From Polyangiaceae bacterium (GTDB lineage: Bacteria > Myxococcota_A > Polyangia > Polyangiales > Polyangiaceae): a stretch of 64,000 nt of DNA. The stretch is from contig JBGANF010000017.1 of assembly GCA_044222475.1 (NCBI GenBank), positions 1-64,000 on the forward strand. The letters run 5' to 3'. The notes below the pieces were generated by a model, which saw only the letters and a program-made list of their open reading frames with translations, was not told where the DNA came from and did not search any database. The translations under genes and the position numbers were made by a program. Positions 48,999 through 58,722 of this stretch are shown here, piece after piece (positions within the stretch are counted from its first letter, which is position 1; each line of letters starts with the position of its first letter).

Positions 48999-49913
48999 TC
49001 AGGGGCTCGGTCGCGAGCCGGCTCTCAGGTTGCGGTTGATGAACACCGTCTCGTCCGGGTACTCGACCGACGAGACCGTGCCCTCGACGAGCGAGCAGTG
49101 ATCGAACTTCGACGAACGGATGTCGATCGGCGCGGTGGCGGTCGCCTTCGGTCCGAGGTTCAGATCGATCCAGTCGCTCGTGGTCTCCGTGTCGTCCTTG
49201 CCGTCTTCGTCCTTGGTCCAGCAGAGGAGCTCGACGTCGATCCGCGACATCGGGCGATCGGTGAGGTTGTGGACGGTCACCGTCGACTTCTTCAGGTCCA
49301 CGGCGTCGACCGCGACTCGCTCGCCGGTGTGCTCCTTCAGCATGGAGTCCGGGAACCCGCCCTTCGGGCGGCGCAGCCCGGACGACATGAGGTTCTCGTT
49401 CCACCAGTAGGTGCCGTCGGTGAACCCGATCTTGGTGATCTCGCACTCGACCGAGTCCACCGTGCTCTTGATCGATCGACCGCTCTGGCCGAGGTCCTGC
49501 ACGCCGTCCGCGTCTCCGGAGCTCGGGCTCGTCGCGCTGGGGTACTCGTCGATCTGCTTGCCGGTCGCGTCGTAGTAGAACTGCCACGTCTGCACGTGGT
49601 TGGCCTTCTTCCCGGGCGGGAGCTCGAGCTTGAAGAGCGACTTTCGGTCGTCCCCGGCGCCCTTCCAGCCGACGAACGTGCACGACCCCTGACGGCCCCC
49701 TTCGTTCGCCCACGGGCGGCTCGTCCCGGCGGGTTTCGGCGCCGCCGACCACAGGGTGGACGTGGTCCCCACGGTGGCGCTCGTCGTGGTGACCGAAGCG
49801 ACCGAGCTGGGCTCGGCCGAAGCGCTCGATCCCGACGCGAGCTGGCGAACGCGGGAGCAACCGGTGAGGGAGACGACGGCAACGAGGAGGGAAACGAGGA
49901 TTCGGGGGTTCAT
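48999..49913 (-). CDS. Lipoprotein, hypothetical, with two similar beta domains
   Basis: Lipobox LTGC; ECEITKIGFTDGT and EGTVSSVEYPDET..NL end-of-domain repeats. Confidence 0.7.
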   Translation of the reverse strand: MNPRILVSLLVAVVSLTGCSRVRQLASGSSASAEPSSVASVTTTSATVGTTSTLWSAAPKPAGTSRPWANEGGRQGSCTFVGWKGAGDDRKSLFKLELPPGKKANHVQTWQFYYDATGKQIDEYPSATSPSSGDADGVQDLGQSGRSIKSTVDSVECEITKIGFTDGTYWWNENLMSSGLRRPKGGFPDSMLKEHTGERVAVDAVDLKKSTVTVHNLTDRPMSRIDVELLCWTKDEDGKDDTETTSDWIDLNLGPKATATAPIDIRSSKFDHCSLVEGTVSSVEYPDETVFINRNLRAGSRPSP

Positions 49914-50006
49914 GACCTTTCGGTTTCTGTGGGCGTACACTGTACGTCCGCGGACGCCATACCTTCCCCGGGGACGTTTGCGAGGCGCGATGCTATGTGC
50001 TCGCCC

Positions 50007-51044
50007 ATGACCTTCGATCCGAACGCTGCGGCGGACAAGGACGCGGGCATCTTCGGGCTTCCCTACGGCCCGGACGAGGCGCGCATCGTCCTCCTTCCCG
50101 TCCCGTGGGACGCGACCACGAGCTACGGCGGTGGCGCGAGCGATGGGCCGCGCGCGATCTTCGACGCCTCGATGCAAGTCGATCTCTTCGACGCCGAGAT
50201 CGGCTTTCCCTACAAGGGCAAGGTCGCGATGCTGCCCGAGAGCAGCGACATCCGAACGTGGAACGACGAAGCGCGGATGCTCGCGGAGCAAGTGATCGAG
50301 GTCGGCGGTCGCGTCGCGGGCGACGCCGAGCTCGAGGCCGCGCTCGCGAAGGTCAACGCGCTGTCGTCGCGCGTGAACGACGTCGTCTACTACGAGACGA
50401 AGCGCCTGATGGGGCAGGGGAAGACCGTCGGCGTGGTCGGCGGCGATCACTCGGTGCCGTTCGGCGCGATTCGCGCGGTCGTCGAGGCGCACCCCGGGCT
50501 CGGCATCCTGCACATCGACGCCCACGCGGATCTGCGTGACGCCTACGAAGGCTTCACCGACTCGCACGCGTCGATCATGTTCAACGTGCTGCGCCGCGTA
50601 CCCAACGTGAGCAAGCTCGTGCAGTTCGGCATCCGCGATCTCTGCGAGGCCGAGGCGAACCTCATCGCGAAGGACGGCCGGCTCGCCACGCTCTACGACG
50701 TGCACGTCGCCCAAGCCCGTCTCCAAGGGAAGCTGCTCGAAGTGTTCGCGGACAAGCTCTCGGTGCTCCCGCGCGAGGTCTACGTGAGCTTCGACATCGA
50801 CGGGCTCGACCCCTCGCTGTGTCCGCACACCGGGACGCCGGTTCCCGGCGGGCTCTCGTTCCACGAAGCGAGCATGCTCATCGGCATGGTCGCGCAGAGC
50901 GGTCGTCGCATCGTCGGCTTCGACCTCAACGAGGTCTCGCCCGGGCCCGATGACGAGTGGGATGCGAACGTCGGCGCGCGGATGCTCTACAAGCTCATCG
51001 GGTGGACGTTCGTGTCGCAGGGCGTCGCCGACGTGCGCCGGTAG
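50007..51044 (+). CDS. speB: Agmatinase / ureohydrolase
   Basis: PWDATTSY..GP; GGDHS; HIDAHADLR; SFDIDGLDP; GTPVPGG; DLNEV. Confidence 0.85.
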   Translation: MTFDPNAAADKDAGIFGLPYGPDEARIVLLPVPWDATTSYGGGASDGPRAIFDASMQVDLFDAEIGFPYKGKVAMLPESSDIRTWNDEARMLAEQVIEVGGRVAGDAELEAALAKVNALSSRVNDVVYYETKRLMGQGKTVGVVGGDHSVPFGAIRAVVEAHPGLGILHIDAHADLRDAYEGFTDSHASIMFNVLRRVPNVSKLVQFGIRDLCEAEANLIAKDGRLATLYDVHVAQARLQGKLLEVFADKLSVLPREVYVSFDIDGLDPSLCPHTGTPVPGGLSFHEASMLIGMVAQSGRRIVGFDLNEVSPGPDDEWDANVGARMLYKLIGWTFVSQGVADVRR

Positions 51045-51047
51045 CGG

Positions 51048-54000
51048 TCAGGCGAACTTCGCCTTCACCTCGGCCTTGCGCGTCGCGATCAGATCGCGAA
51101 CGACCGCCGCCAGCTCCGCCGCGCCCTTCTCTGCGAGCAGGTCACCGAGGCGTTCGATCGCCCACCAGGTGAACGCCTCGTCGTGGTGGACCTCGTTCCA
51201 GGCCGCGATGAACTCGCTCGTCGCCTTCTCGCCGGCTCGCGCGCCGTCCATGGCGGTCACGCAGATCGCGACGAACGCGAGCAGCATCGTCTTGCGCCAT
51301 CGGTCGTCCTGAGCCGCCACCGTGGCGACGCGCAGCTCGGCGGCGTGGCGCGCCGCACCCCAGTTGCCGCGCGCGAGATCGATCTTCATCCGCAGCTCGA
51401 CGAGGTCGTACCCCGTCGCGCCGTCGCCGCTCTCTTCGACGACGCGCCCGAGCTCGCTCGCGACGGTCGCGGCGAACTCGATGTCGCCGAGCGCCAGCGC
51501 GCACTCGGCGAGCGCGATGCGGGTGAAGGGTCTCACCCAAGGTTCGCTCTGCGCGCCGAAGCGCTCGGCCTCGCGGGCGTGGTACAGCATCGCCTCACGA
51601 TCGCCGCGCATGCCGGCGAGATCCGAGAGGCGATGGTGCGCCATCGTGAGCGTGTGCGCGTTCACTGCCTCGTGCTCTGGCTCGATGTCGACGATGGCGC
51701 GGGAGAGCGCCTCCGTCTCACGAAACCGGTCTTGGTAGAAGTACGTGCTCGACACGTTGAACCGCGTGTCGCGCAACCCGGCGGCGTCGCCGATCGCCTC
51801 GAAGATCGCCGCCGCCTTCTCGTACTCCTCGCGAGCTTCTTCGTAGTGGAGCGTGAAGTAGTGACGGAGCCCTCGCACGCGGTGCACCGTCGCGGTGCGC
51901 GCGTCGAGCTGGGGCACGTTGTCTTCGCGAGTCCACCGCTCGAGCGTCTCGAGGTTCCGGGTCGCGAGGTCGAAGGCGCCGGCTCGGAGGGCGGCCCGGA
52001 CGGCGATCGCGAGCGTCTTCGAGGCCTCGATGCCGTCACCCGCCTCGCGGTACAGCGTCGCAGCGCGCACCTGGATGTCGGCGCGCTCCGCGCCGTAAGC
52101 GCTCATGAGGCCGCTGGCGACGTCTCGCCGAAGCGAAGCCGCGGACGGGTGCGACGCGAGCTTCTCGAGGAGCGCCTCTTGGAAGAGCCCGTGATCGAAG
52201 CGGAGCGCGTCGCGATCGAAGCGCACGATCCCGGACAACGTCGCGCGATCGAGGACGTCGTCGAGAGCGCCTCTGTCTTCGCCCGCGCACGCGGTGAGGG
52301 TGGCGACGCGGAACCGCGCCCCGAGCAGCGCCATCCGGAAGAGGACGCGCTCGGCAGCGGCCGCGTTCTCGCCGAACCCGGCGACGAGAGCATCGAGGCG
52401 TTGAATGAACACGCGCGCCGGCGACCGCGTCGCGAGGAGGAAGGCCGCCGGCTTGCCCTCGCGAGGTCGGTAGAGTCCTTCGTGGAGCTCCAGGGTTCCC
52501 GACTCGATCCAATCGCGCAGCGTCTGGACCAAGTGAAGGGGCGTTTCGTCCACCGCGGCGAGCGCGTCGCGCAGCGACGGATCGAGCGGAGCAGCGCGGT
52601 CGAGGAGGGCGCGTCGATCGGCTTCGGCGAGCAGACCGAGGTGCTCGAACTGCACGCGTTCGTTCTGCGCGAGTCGGCCGAGTCGTTCGCGGAGCGCCGG
52701 GTGGTCGGCCGTTCCCGTGCGAAGGGTGAGCGCGCAGAGCACGGGGAGGTCGGTCCCGAGCAACGCTTCGACGAGAGCGAGCGCTCCGTCGCGCGACCAC
52801 CCTGCGTCGTCGAACCAGAGGTACACGGGGCGATGGGCTGCGCACGCGGCGAGCGCGCTGAGCGCGAGGGTCACGACCTCCGCCTCGGGCATCGGCTCCG
52901 CCCGTCCGAGCCAGGCCTCCATGCGAGGCGCGTCGAACGGGAGCTTCCCGCTCGCATCGGCGAGCCAGCTCCACGCGGCGCGCACGTCGCCGCCGCGCAC
53001 CGGAAACCCGAGCAACCGACGGAACGCGTGGCGAAGCCCGCCGGCGACGTTCGTCTCGGACACGTCGAACGCGGCGGCGGCGCTCTCCATCGACCCGGCT
53101 CGCTCGACCAACGCCATGCCGTGGCGGGCCAGCCGGCTCTTCCCCACGCCGGCGCTACCGAGGAACACGAGGACGCGGGGCTTTCGCTCCTGCGTGACGC
53201 GATCCACGAGGTGCTCGAACATCTGAGCCTCGCGATGGCGACCGATGAACGGGATCGCACGACGACCGTCGAGCGAGAGTCCCTCCGGTCGATCGGCAGG
53301 ACGCATGAAGAGCGGTCCGGTGTCGCTTCGCGGTCGCTCGAGCACGGAGGGGCGCTCGACCACGTCGGTCTTCGACGGGATGCGACTCGCGGGAGTCACG
53401 GAGGCGGGGGCCAGCTCGGTTCGTGCGAACACGATGGCGGGCTCCGACCCGACCTCGGTCTTCGCCCCGCCGCGCGGTGCGGGCGCGGGTGCGGGCTGAT
53501 CGAGCGTCTCTTCCGAGGCGCCGCCGGGGCGAAGCGTCGTGGGTCGCCTCGACGGCGCGGCCATGGCTTCGACGAGAGTGACCTCGGGCAGCGTGTCGGC
53601 GATGGCGCGCAGTCGCTGCGCGACGTCTGCAGCGAAGCGAGGGCGCCGCCGCGGGCTCGGGTCGAGCAGCTGGCGAAGGAGCGCGTCGAGATCGGTCGAC
53701 GAGTTCACCCCAGCGCGCGGTTCGAACGGCGGCGTGCCTAGGATCTTGCGCTGGAACAGCTCGGCGACGTTCTTCCCGCTCACCGGCGGCTGCCCGGCGA
53801 GGAGCTCGTAGAGCATGACGCCGAGCGCATAGAGATCGGTCCACGGTCCGAGCGCGTCGTCCCCGAAGTACTGCTCGGGGGCCATGTAGTACGGCGTGCC
53901 GGCGAATCGTTGGAGCGGTGCGGTCGGCACGAGCGGATCGATCACGTGAGCGATCCCGAAGTCGGTGATCTTCGCGCGCCCAGTGGCGCGCTCGACGAGC

Positions 54001-54404
54001 ACGTTCGCGGGCTTCAGATCGCCGTGAACGATCCCGCTGCCGTGGGCGACGGCGAGCCCGTCCGCGACCTGAGCGAGCGCGTCGACGACCGGTCGCGCGC
54101 CAGGGAACACCGCGAGCCACTGGTCCAGATCGAAACCGGTGACGAGCTCCATCACGAGGAAGAGGTTCCCGGCGCCGTCGCCGCCGACGTCGAGGAGGCG
54201 GACGACGTGCTCGTCCTCGAGTTGCGCGGCGATCGTCGCCTCGGCGAGGAGCATGCGGCGCGCGGATGCGTCACCAGTGCGGACGAGCGTCTTGATCGCG
54301 ACGGATGCACCCGTCTTTCGCGCGCGCGCCTCGTAGACTCGGCCCATCCCGCCGGAGCCGAGCAGGCGGACGACTTCGTAGTCGCTCCCTTCGAGCGGAG
54401 TCAT
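51048..54404 (-). CDS. Ser/Thr kinase + P-loop ATPase + TPR-like protein
   Basis: GSGGMGRV; VAIK; HGDLKPAN; DFG; GTPYYMAPE; FIGR; GSAGVGKS; WFDDAGW; helical C-terminal repeats. Confidence 0.92.
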   Translation of the reverse strand: MTPLEGSDYEVVRLLGSGGMGRVYEARARKTGASVAIKTLVRTGDASARRMLLAEATIAAQLEDEHVVRLLDVGGDGAGNLFLVMELVTGFDLDQWLAVFPGARPVVDALAQVADGLAVAHGSGIVHGDLKPANVLVERATGRAKITDFGIAHVIDPLVPTAPLQRFAGTPYYMAPEQYFGDDALGPWTDLYALGVMLYELLAGQPPVSGKNVAELFQRKILGTPPFEPRAGVNSSTDLDALLRQLLDPSPRRRPRFAADVAQRLRAIADTLPEVTLVEAMAAPSRRPTTLRPGGASEETLDQPAPAPAPRGGAKTEVGSEPAIVFARTELAPASVTPASRIPSKTDVVERPSVLERPRSDTGPLFMRPADRPEGLSLDGRRAIPFIGRHREAQMFEHLVDRVTQERKPRVLVFLGSAGVGKSRLARHGMALVERAGSMESAAAAFDVSETNVAGGLRHAFRRLLGFPVRGGDVRAAWSWLADASGKLPFDAPRMEAWLGRAEPMPEAEVVTLALSALAACAAHRPVYLWFDDAGWSRDGALALVEALLGTDLPVLCALTLRTGTADHPALRERLGRLAQNERVQFEHLGLLAEADRRALLDRAAPLDPSLRDALAAVDETPLHLVQTLRDWIESGTLELHEGLYRPREGKPAAFLLATRSPARVFIQRLDALVAGFGENAAAAERVLFRMALLGARFRVATLTACAGEDRGALDDVLDRATLSGIVRFDRDALRFDHGLFQEALLEKLASHPSAASLRRDVASGLMSAYGAERADIQVRAATLYREAGDGIEASKTLAIAVRAALRAGAFDLATRNLETLERWTREDNVPQLDARTATVHRVRGLRHYFTLHYEEAREEYEKAAAIFEAIGDAAGLRDTRFNVSSTYFYQDRFRETEALSRAIVDIEPEHEAVNAHTLTMAHHRLSDLAGMRGDREAMLYHAREAERFGAQSEPWVRPFTRIALAECALALGDIEFAATVASELGRVVEESGDGATGYDLVELRMKIDLARGNWGAARHAAELRVATVAAQDDRWRKTMLLAFVAICVTAMDGARAGEKATSEFIAAWNEVHHDEAFTWWAIERLGDLLAEKGAAELAAVVRDLIATRKAEVKAKFA

Positions 54405-54408
54405 GGCC

Positions 54409-56202
54409 CTACCGTAGCGCGTCGCGACGGGGATGCGCCGGCGGAGGCTCGACCTTCGGCGGAGGCGGCGCCACGCGGGTCGCGAGGTCGTCCTTCGGCG
54501 CGACCAGGCGCACGTCCGCGAGCGCGAGCGTCGTCGCTTCGCGATCGTCGGCGATGGCCGCACCGATCGCGCGAAGGCGCAAGAGCATCACGGTGGCTGC
54601 GCGGAGGTCGCCGTGGTCCTTCACCGTCGTCGCGAGCGACTGCAGATCGGCGAGCCCGGACTCGCGCGCCGCTCGGCGATCGCTCGCGCCTCGGGGCTCG
54701 ATGCTGAACCGAAGCGAGAGGCCTGCGGGCACGAAGTGGCGCGCGACGCTCCGCGACCACGCCGGATCGAACACGACGTCGACCTCGCGCGCAGTGGCGA
54801 GCTCGGACAGCGCGTACTCGCTCGGCGCCCCCTCGAGCGCGATGTCGCGGAGGACGCCGCTGAGCTTGGGCTCGGCTCGGAGCGCAGAGATGGCGGCCGA
54901 CCCGCCCGCGTCGAACAGCGGCACGAGGAGGACGGTGCGATCGAGCGCGCCCCGCGTTCGCGCCGCCAGCGCGTGCTCGTAGACGTCCCTGCGGGGGACG
55001 AGGACGATCGCGCCGGGCGAGAAACCGCCGGCGAAGCTGCGCTCCCACGCGTCGGTTGGCGCTCCGTTGCGAACGGCGAGCGCGAGCGTCGCATCGTCGG
55101 CGCTGCGGGCGACGATCGCCAGATCGAAGAGCACGAGCAGCGTCGCGCTCGCGCGCGCGAACGGAACGCGCGCCGCCGAGACGCGCGCCGTGAGCGCGTA
55201 CATCCCCGCGGCGGTGAGGACGGACGCCGTACCGATCGCGCCGAGGACGGCGGCGGCGGCGTGCTCTTCGCCCGCGGCGGCGCCCAACCGCACCGCCGCG
55301 AAACCGAGGGCGGTCGCGACGACGAGTCCGATCCCCAGACGACGGGCCCTGAGGATCGTGAACGCGGCGCCGACGGCCGCGAACGCGACGGCCACGATGC
55401 CCAGCTCGCGCGACACGAGCGGCCAAGGGTTGCGTGTACCAATTTGGTACGACTCGGCGATCGGGTGGGCGAAGATGCCGCCTGGCAGCTCGAGCTCGGG
55501 GGCGACGCGTCGCCGGAGAAGCGCCATGAGCGGCGGGAGCGCGGCGACGCAGATCCCGGCAGAGAGCGCGAACGCGAAGCGTGGATGCCGGAGCGACGCG
55601 ATCTGCCTCGGCGAGGCCACGAGCGGCAGGAGGAGGCCCGCGGCGACGCCGCAGACCAGCGGCTCGTACGTGGCCGCGAGACCGAAGAGCAGCGCGGTTC
55701 GCAACGTCCGCGCCGCTCCGGGGCGACCATCGACCCACGCCCACGCCGGGGCGACGGTCAGGAACGCGCCGAGAGAAGCGCCGCCGCACACCGAAGCCTC
55801 CATCTGGGACACGGTCGCGAAGCCCGCGAGGAGCGCGCCGACCAACGCGACGAGGGTGCGGAGCGCGTCGGGCTCGGGCTTGTCGTCGATCCTCCGGCCG
55901 ACGGCGAGCGCGATGCGGAACAGCGCGACGCAGAACAGCGCGAGCATCGCGGCCGATACCCACGCGGCGCGGATGGCCGGCGTGGCGAGCGGAAGCAGGA
56001 GGACCGGCCGCGCGACGATCGAGTCGAGGGAGCGGAAGACCCCCGTGGCGGCGCCTCCGAGGACCCGGAGCACCGCTCGGTCCCGATCGAGATCGGGCGA
56101 CGCGAGCGCGTGGCGCGCGGCGAACGCGCCCGGGAGCAGCGCGGCCAGGGCGGCAGCCACCGCCTCGAACGTACGTGCAGCCTGACTGGCTCGCGAGCGC
56201 AT
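54409..56202 (-). CDS. Polytopic membrane protein, hypothetical
   Basis: Many Ala/Leu-rich TM helices then a soluble C-terminal region; start uncertain. Confidence 0.6.
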   Translation of the reverse strand: MRSRASQAARTFEAVAAALAALLPGAFAARHALASPDLDRDRAVLRVLGGAATGVFRSLDSIVARPVLLLPLATPAIRAAWVSAAMLALFCVALFRIALAVGRRIDDKPEPDALRTLVALVGALLAGFATVSQMEASVCGGASLGAFLTVAPAWAWVDGRPGAARTLRTALLFGLAATYEPLVCGVAAGLLLPLVASPRQIASLRHPRFAFALSAGICVAALPPLMALLRRRVAPELELPGGIFAHPIAESYQIGTRNPWPLVSRELGIVAVAFAAVGAAFTILRARRLGIGLVVATALGFAAVRLGAAAGEEHAAAAVLGAIGTASVLTAAGMYALTARVSAARVPFARASATLLVLFDLAIVARSADDATLALAVRNGAPTDAWERSFAGGFSPGAIVLVPRRDVYEHALAARTRGALDRTVLLVPLFDAGGSAAISALRAEPKLSGVLRDIALEGAPSEYALSELATAREVDVVFDPAWSRSVARHFVPAGLSLRFSIEPRGASDRRAARESGLADLQSLATTVKDHGDLRAATVMLLRLRAIGAAIADDREATTLALADVRLVAPKDDLATRVAPPPPKVEPPPAHPRRDALR

Positions 56203-56324
56203 GCCCCTCTTGCAGTACGGCGCAACGACCTTTCCGGGCAAATTCACGGCTTTCGTTGTGCTCGGTCGGTTTCCGGCTACTGTGGCGTCCCTTCTTTGGG
56301 GGGTCTTTTTCAAGGAGACACCGA

Positions 56325-58211
56325 GTGGCCAGGTTCATCGACGAGCTCAAACGAACGCACCACAACGCCGCCCTTCGGGCCGGCGATGCGGGCAAGGAAG
56401 TGGTCCTCTTCGGCTGGGTCGCGAGCTACCGCGATCACGGCGGCTGCGTCTTCGTCGATCTCCGCGACCGCGAGGGCATCACCCAGCTCGTGTTCGACCC
56501 CGAGCTCAGCGGCTTCGACGCGCTCCCGAAGGCGGCCTACGACGCTGCGCAAGCGCTCCGCTCGGAGTGGGTCATCGGCATCCGCGGCGTCGTGGTCTCG
56601 CGCGGCAAGAACGCGAACCCCAAGCTCCCCACCGGCGAGATCGAGATCCACGTCGCCGAGCTCGCGATCTTCAACAAGGCCGACACGACCCCGTTCGAGA
56701 TCCTCGACAAGATCGACACCGCCGAGGAGAAGCGCTTCCAGTACCGCTACCTCGATCTGCGTCGCGCGCCGCTGCAGAAGACGCTGCGCGTGCGCCACCG
56801 CATCCACCAGATCACCCGCCGCTACTTCGACGACAACGGCTTCCTCGAGCTCGAGACGCCGGTCATGGTGAAGTACACGCCGGGCGGTGCGCGCAACTTC
56901 CTGGTGCCGAGCCGCATGAACCCGGGGAAGTTCTTCGCCCTGGCCGAGAGCCCGCAGCTCTTCAAGCAGCTCTACATGGTCGCCGGGTTCGACCGGTACT
57001 TCCAGATCGTGAAGTGCTTCCGCGACGAGGACCTTCGCCTCGATCGCCAGCCCGAGTTCACTCAGATCGACGTCGAGATGAGCTTCGTCGCTCAGGACGA
57101 CGTGTTCCGCGTGATGGAGGGGCTGATCTTCGCGGTGTGGAAGGAGGTCCTCGGGATCGACCTCAAGGAGAAGTACCCGAGCGGTCGCTTCCCGCAGATG
57201 CCGTTCGAAGAGTCGATGGGCAAGTACGGCAACGACAAGCCCGACCTTCGCTTCGGCATGCCTCACACCGACATCACGAGCGTGGTGATCGATCACGCGG
57301 GCGGCGGGATCCCGTTCTGGAAGGACATCGCCGACAAGTTCACCGCCGGAACCTACCGGCGCGATCTCCCGACCGAGATCGTGAAGGCGCTGCGCATCCC
57401 GGCCGAGCACGCGAGCAAGATGTCGCGCACCGAGACCGACAAGCTCGAGGACGTCGTGAAGGGCATGGGGGCCAAAGGGCTCGCGCGCGCCAAGGTCGAC
57501 GCGACCGGCAACTGGACCCAGTCGCCGCTCGCCAAGACGATCACGCCGGAGCTTCGCGCGGCGATCAACGAGGCGACGGGCGCCAAGGATGGTGACCTCC
57601 TCCTCTTCCAGTTCGGCAAGGAGAGCGTCGTCCAGACGGTCATGGCGAACCTTCGCGTGATCCTCGCGAAGAAGATGGGTCTCATTCCCGACAGCGGTCA
57701 CGGCGGCAAGTTCGAGTTCCTGTGGGTCGTGAACCCGCCGCTCTTCGAGTACGACGAGGACAAGAAGACGTGGGCCGCCGCGCACCACGCGTTCACGCGT
57801 CCGCACGACGCCTGCGTCGAGATGCTCGAGACCGATCCGGGCAAGGTGCTCTGCCACCGCTACGACCTCGTGCTCAACGGCTTCGAGATCGGCGGCGGGA
57901 GCATCCGGCTCCACGATCCGGCGGTGCAGGCGAAGGTCTTCCGTGCGTTGGGGATCTCGGACGAAGAGGCGAAGCAGAAGTTCGGCTTCCTCCTCGACGC
58001 GCTTCGCTTCGGCGCGCCGCCGCACGGCGGGATCGCGATCGGCATGGACCGACTCGCGATGCTCTTGTCCGGGGCGGAGAGCCTGCGCGACGTGATTCCG
58101 TTCCCGAAGACGCAGAAGGGGACCGACTTGATGACCGATGCCCCGAGCAAGGCATCGCCCGAGCAGCTCGCCGAGCTGCGGGTGCGCGTCATCGAGCCGC
58201 CGACGTCGTGA
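56325..58211 (+). CDS. aspS: Aspartate--tRNA ligase
   Basis: RBS AAGGAG then GTG; RDHGG..DLRD; YRYLDLR; SPQLFKQ; CFRDEDLRLDRQPEFTQ; GGGSIR; PPHGGIAIGMDR. Confidence 0.98.
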   Translation: MARFIDELKRTHHNAALRAGDAGKEVVLFGWVASYRDHGGCVFVDLRDREGITQLVFDPELSGFDALPKAAYDAAQALRSEWVIGIRGVVVSRGKNANPKLPTGEIEIHVAELAIFNKADTTPFEILDKIDTAEEKRFQYRYLDLRRAPLQKTLRVRHRIHQITRRYFDDNGFLELETPVMVKYTPGGARNFLVPSRMNPGKFFALAESPQLFKQLYMVAGFDRYFQIVKCFRDEDLRLDRQPEFTQIDVEMSFVAQDDVFRVMEGLIFAVWKEVLGIDLKEKYPSGRFPQMPFEESMGKYGNDKPDLRFGMPHTDITSVVIDHAGGGIPFWKDIADKFTAGTYRRDLPTEIVKALRIPAEHASKMSRTETDKLEDVVKGMGAKGLARAKVDATGNWTQSPLAKTITPELRAAINEATGAKDGDLLLFQFGKESVVQTVMANLRVILAKKMGLIPDSGHGGKFEFLWVVNPPLFEYDEDKKTWAAAHHAFTRPHDACVEMLETDPGKVLCHRYDLVLNGFEIGGGSIRLHDPAVQAKVFRALGISDEEAKQKFGFLLDALRFGAPPHGGIAIGMDRLAMLLSGAESLRDVIPFPKTQKGTDLMTDAPSKASPEQLAELRVRVIEPPTS

Positions 58212-58678
58212 ACGCGCGATCGGTGGTGATCACGGTCGTGCTGGCCGTCGCCGCATGCGACGGGACCGGTGCGTACGTGTATTATGCACGTAGGTACGAC
58301 GAGCCGCGGGACTGTCTCGACAAGGTCGAGGCGCTCGACGTGATGTCCGGGACCGATCCGGGGCTCGGTTGCGCGGCGCGGTGCATCTCGGTGAAGGACT
58401 TCGACGGCGCGGTGTCGCTCTACGGGACGACGGCGTGCGGGCCGACTCCGTACGGGGCGAACGCGAGCGAGGCCGACCCGCGCTGCCCGGCGGTGCGCGC
58501 CGCGGTGACGACGAGCAACCTGTGCAAGTCGGACTCGGGCATCAAGGACGCCGGGGCCGATGCTCCGGTCGAGGCCGCGGTGGACGACGCGGCGGTCGAT
58601 GCGCCGGTCGACGCTGCCGACGCTGCCGACGCTGCCGACGCGGCGAGCGACGTGTCGGCCGACGTCAGCCCGGACTGA
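58208..58678 (+). CDS. Small Cys-containing lipoprotein with DA-rich tail
   Basis: GTGA overlap with aspS; lipobox VAAC; (GACGCTGCC)3 at 58610-58636. Confidence 0.7.
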   Translation: MNARSVVITVVLAVAACDGTGAYVYYARRYDEPRDCLDKVEALDVMSGTDPGLGCAARCISVKDFDGAVSLYGTTACGPTPYGANASEADPRCPAVRAAVTTSNLCKSDSGIKDAGADAPVEAAVDDAAVDAPVDAADAADAADAASDVSADVSPD

Positions 58679-58722
58679 CCAGCGCGTCGGTGGACGGATG
58701 CTCTGAGTCCACCACGGTCGCT

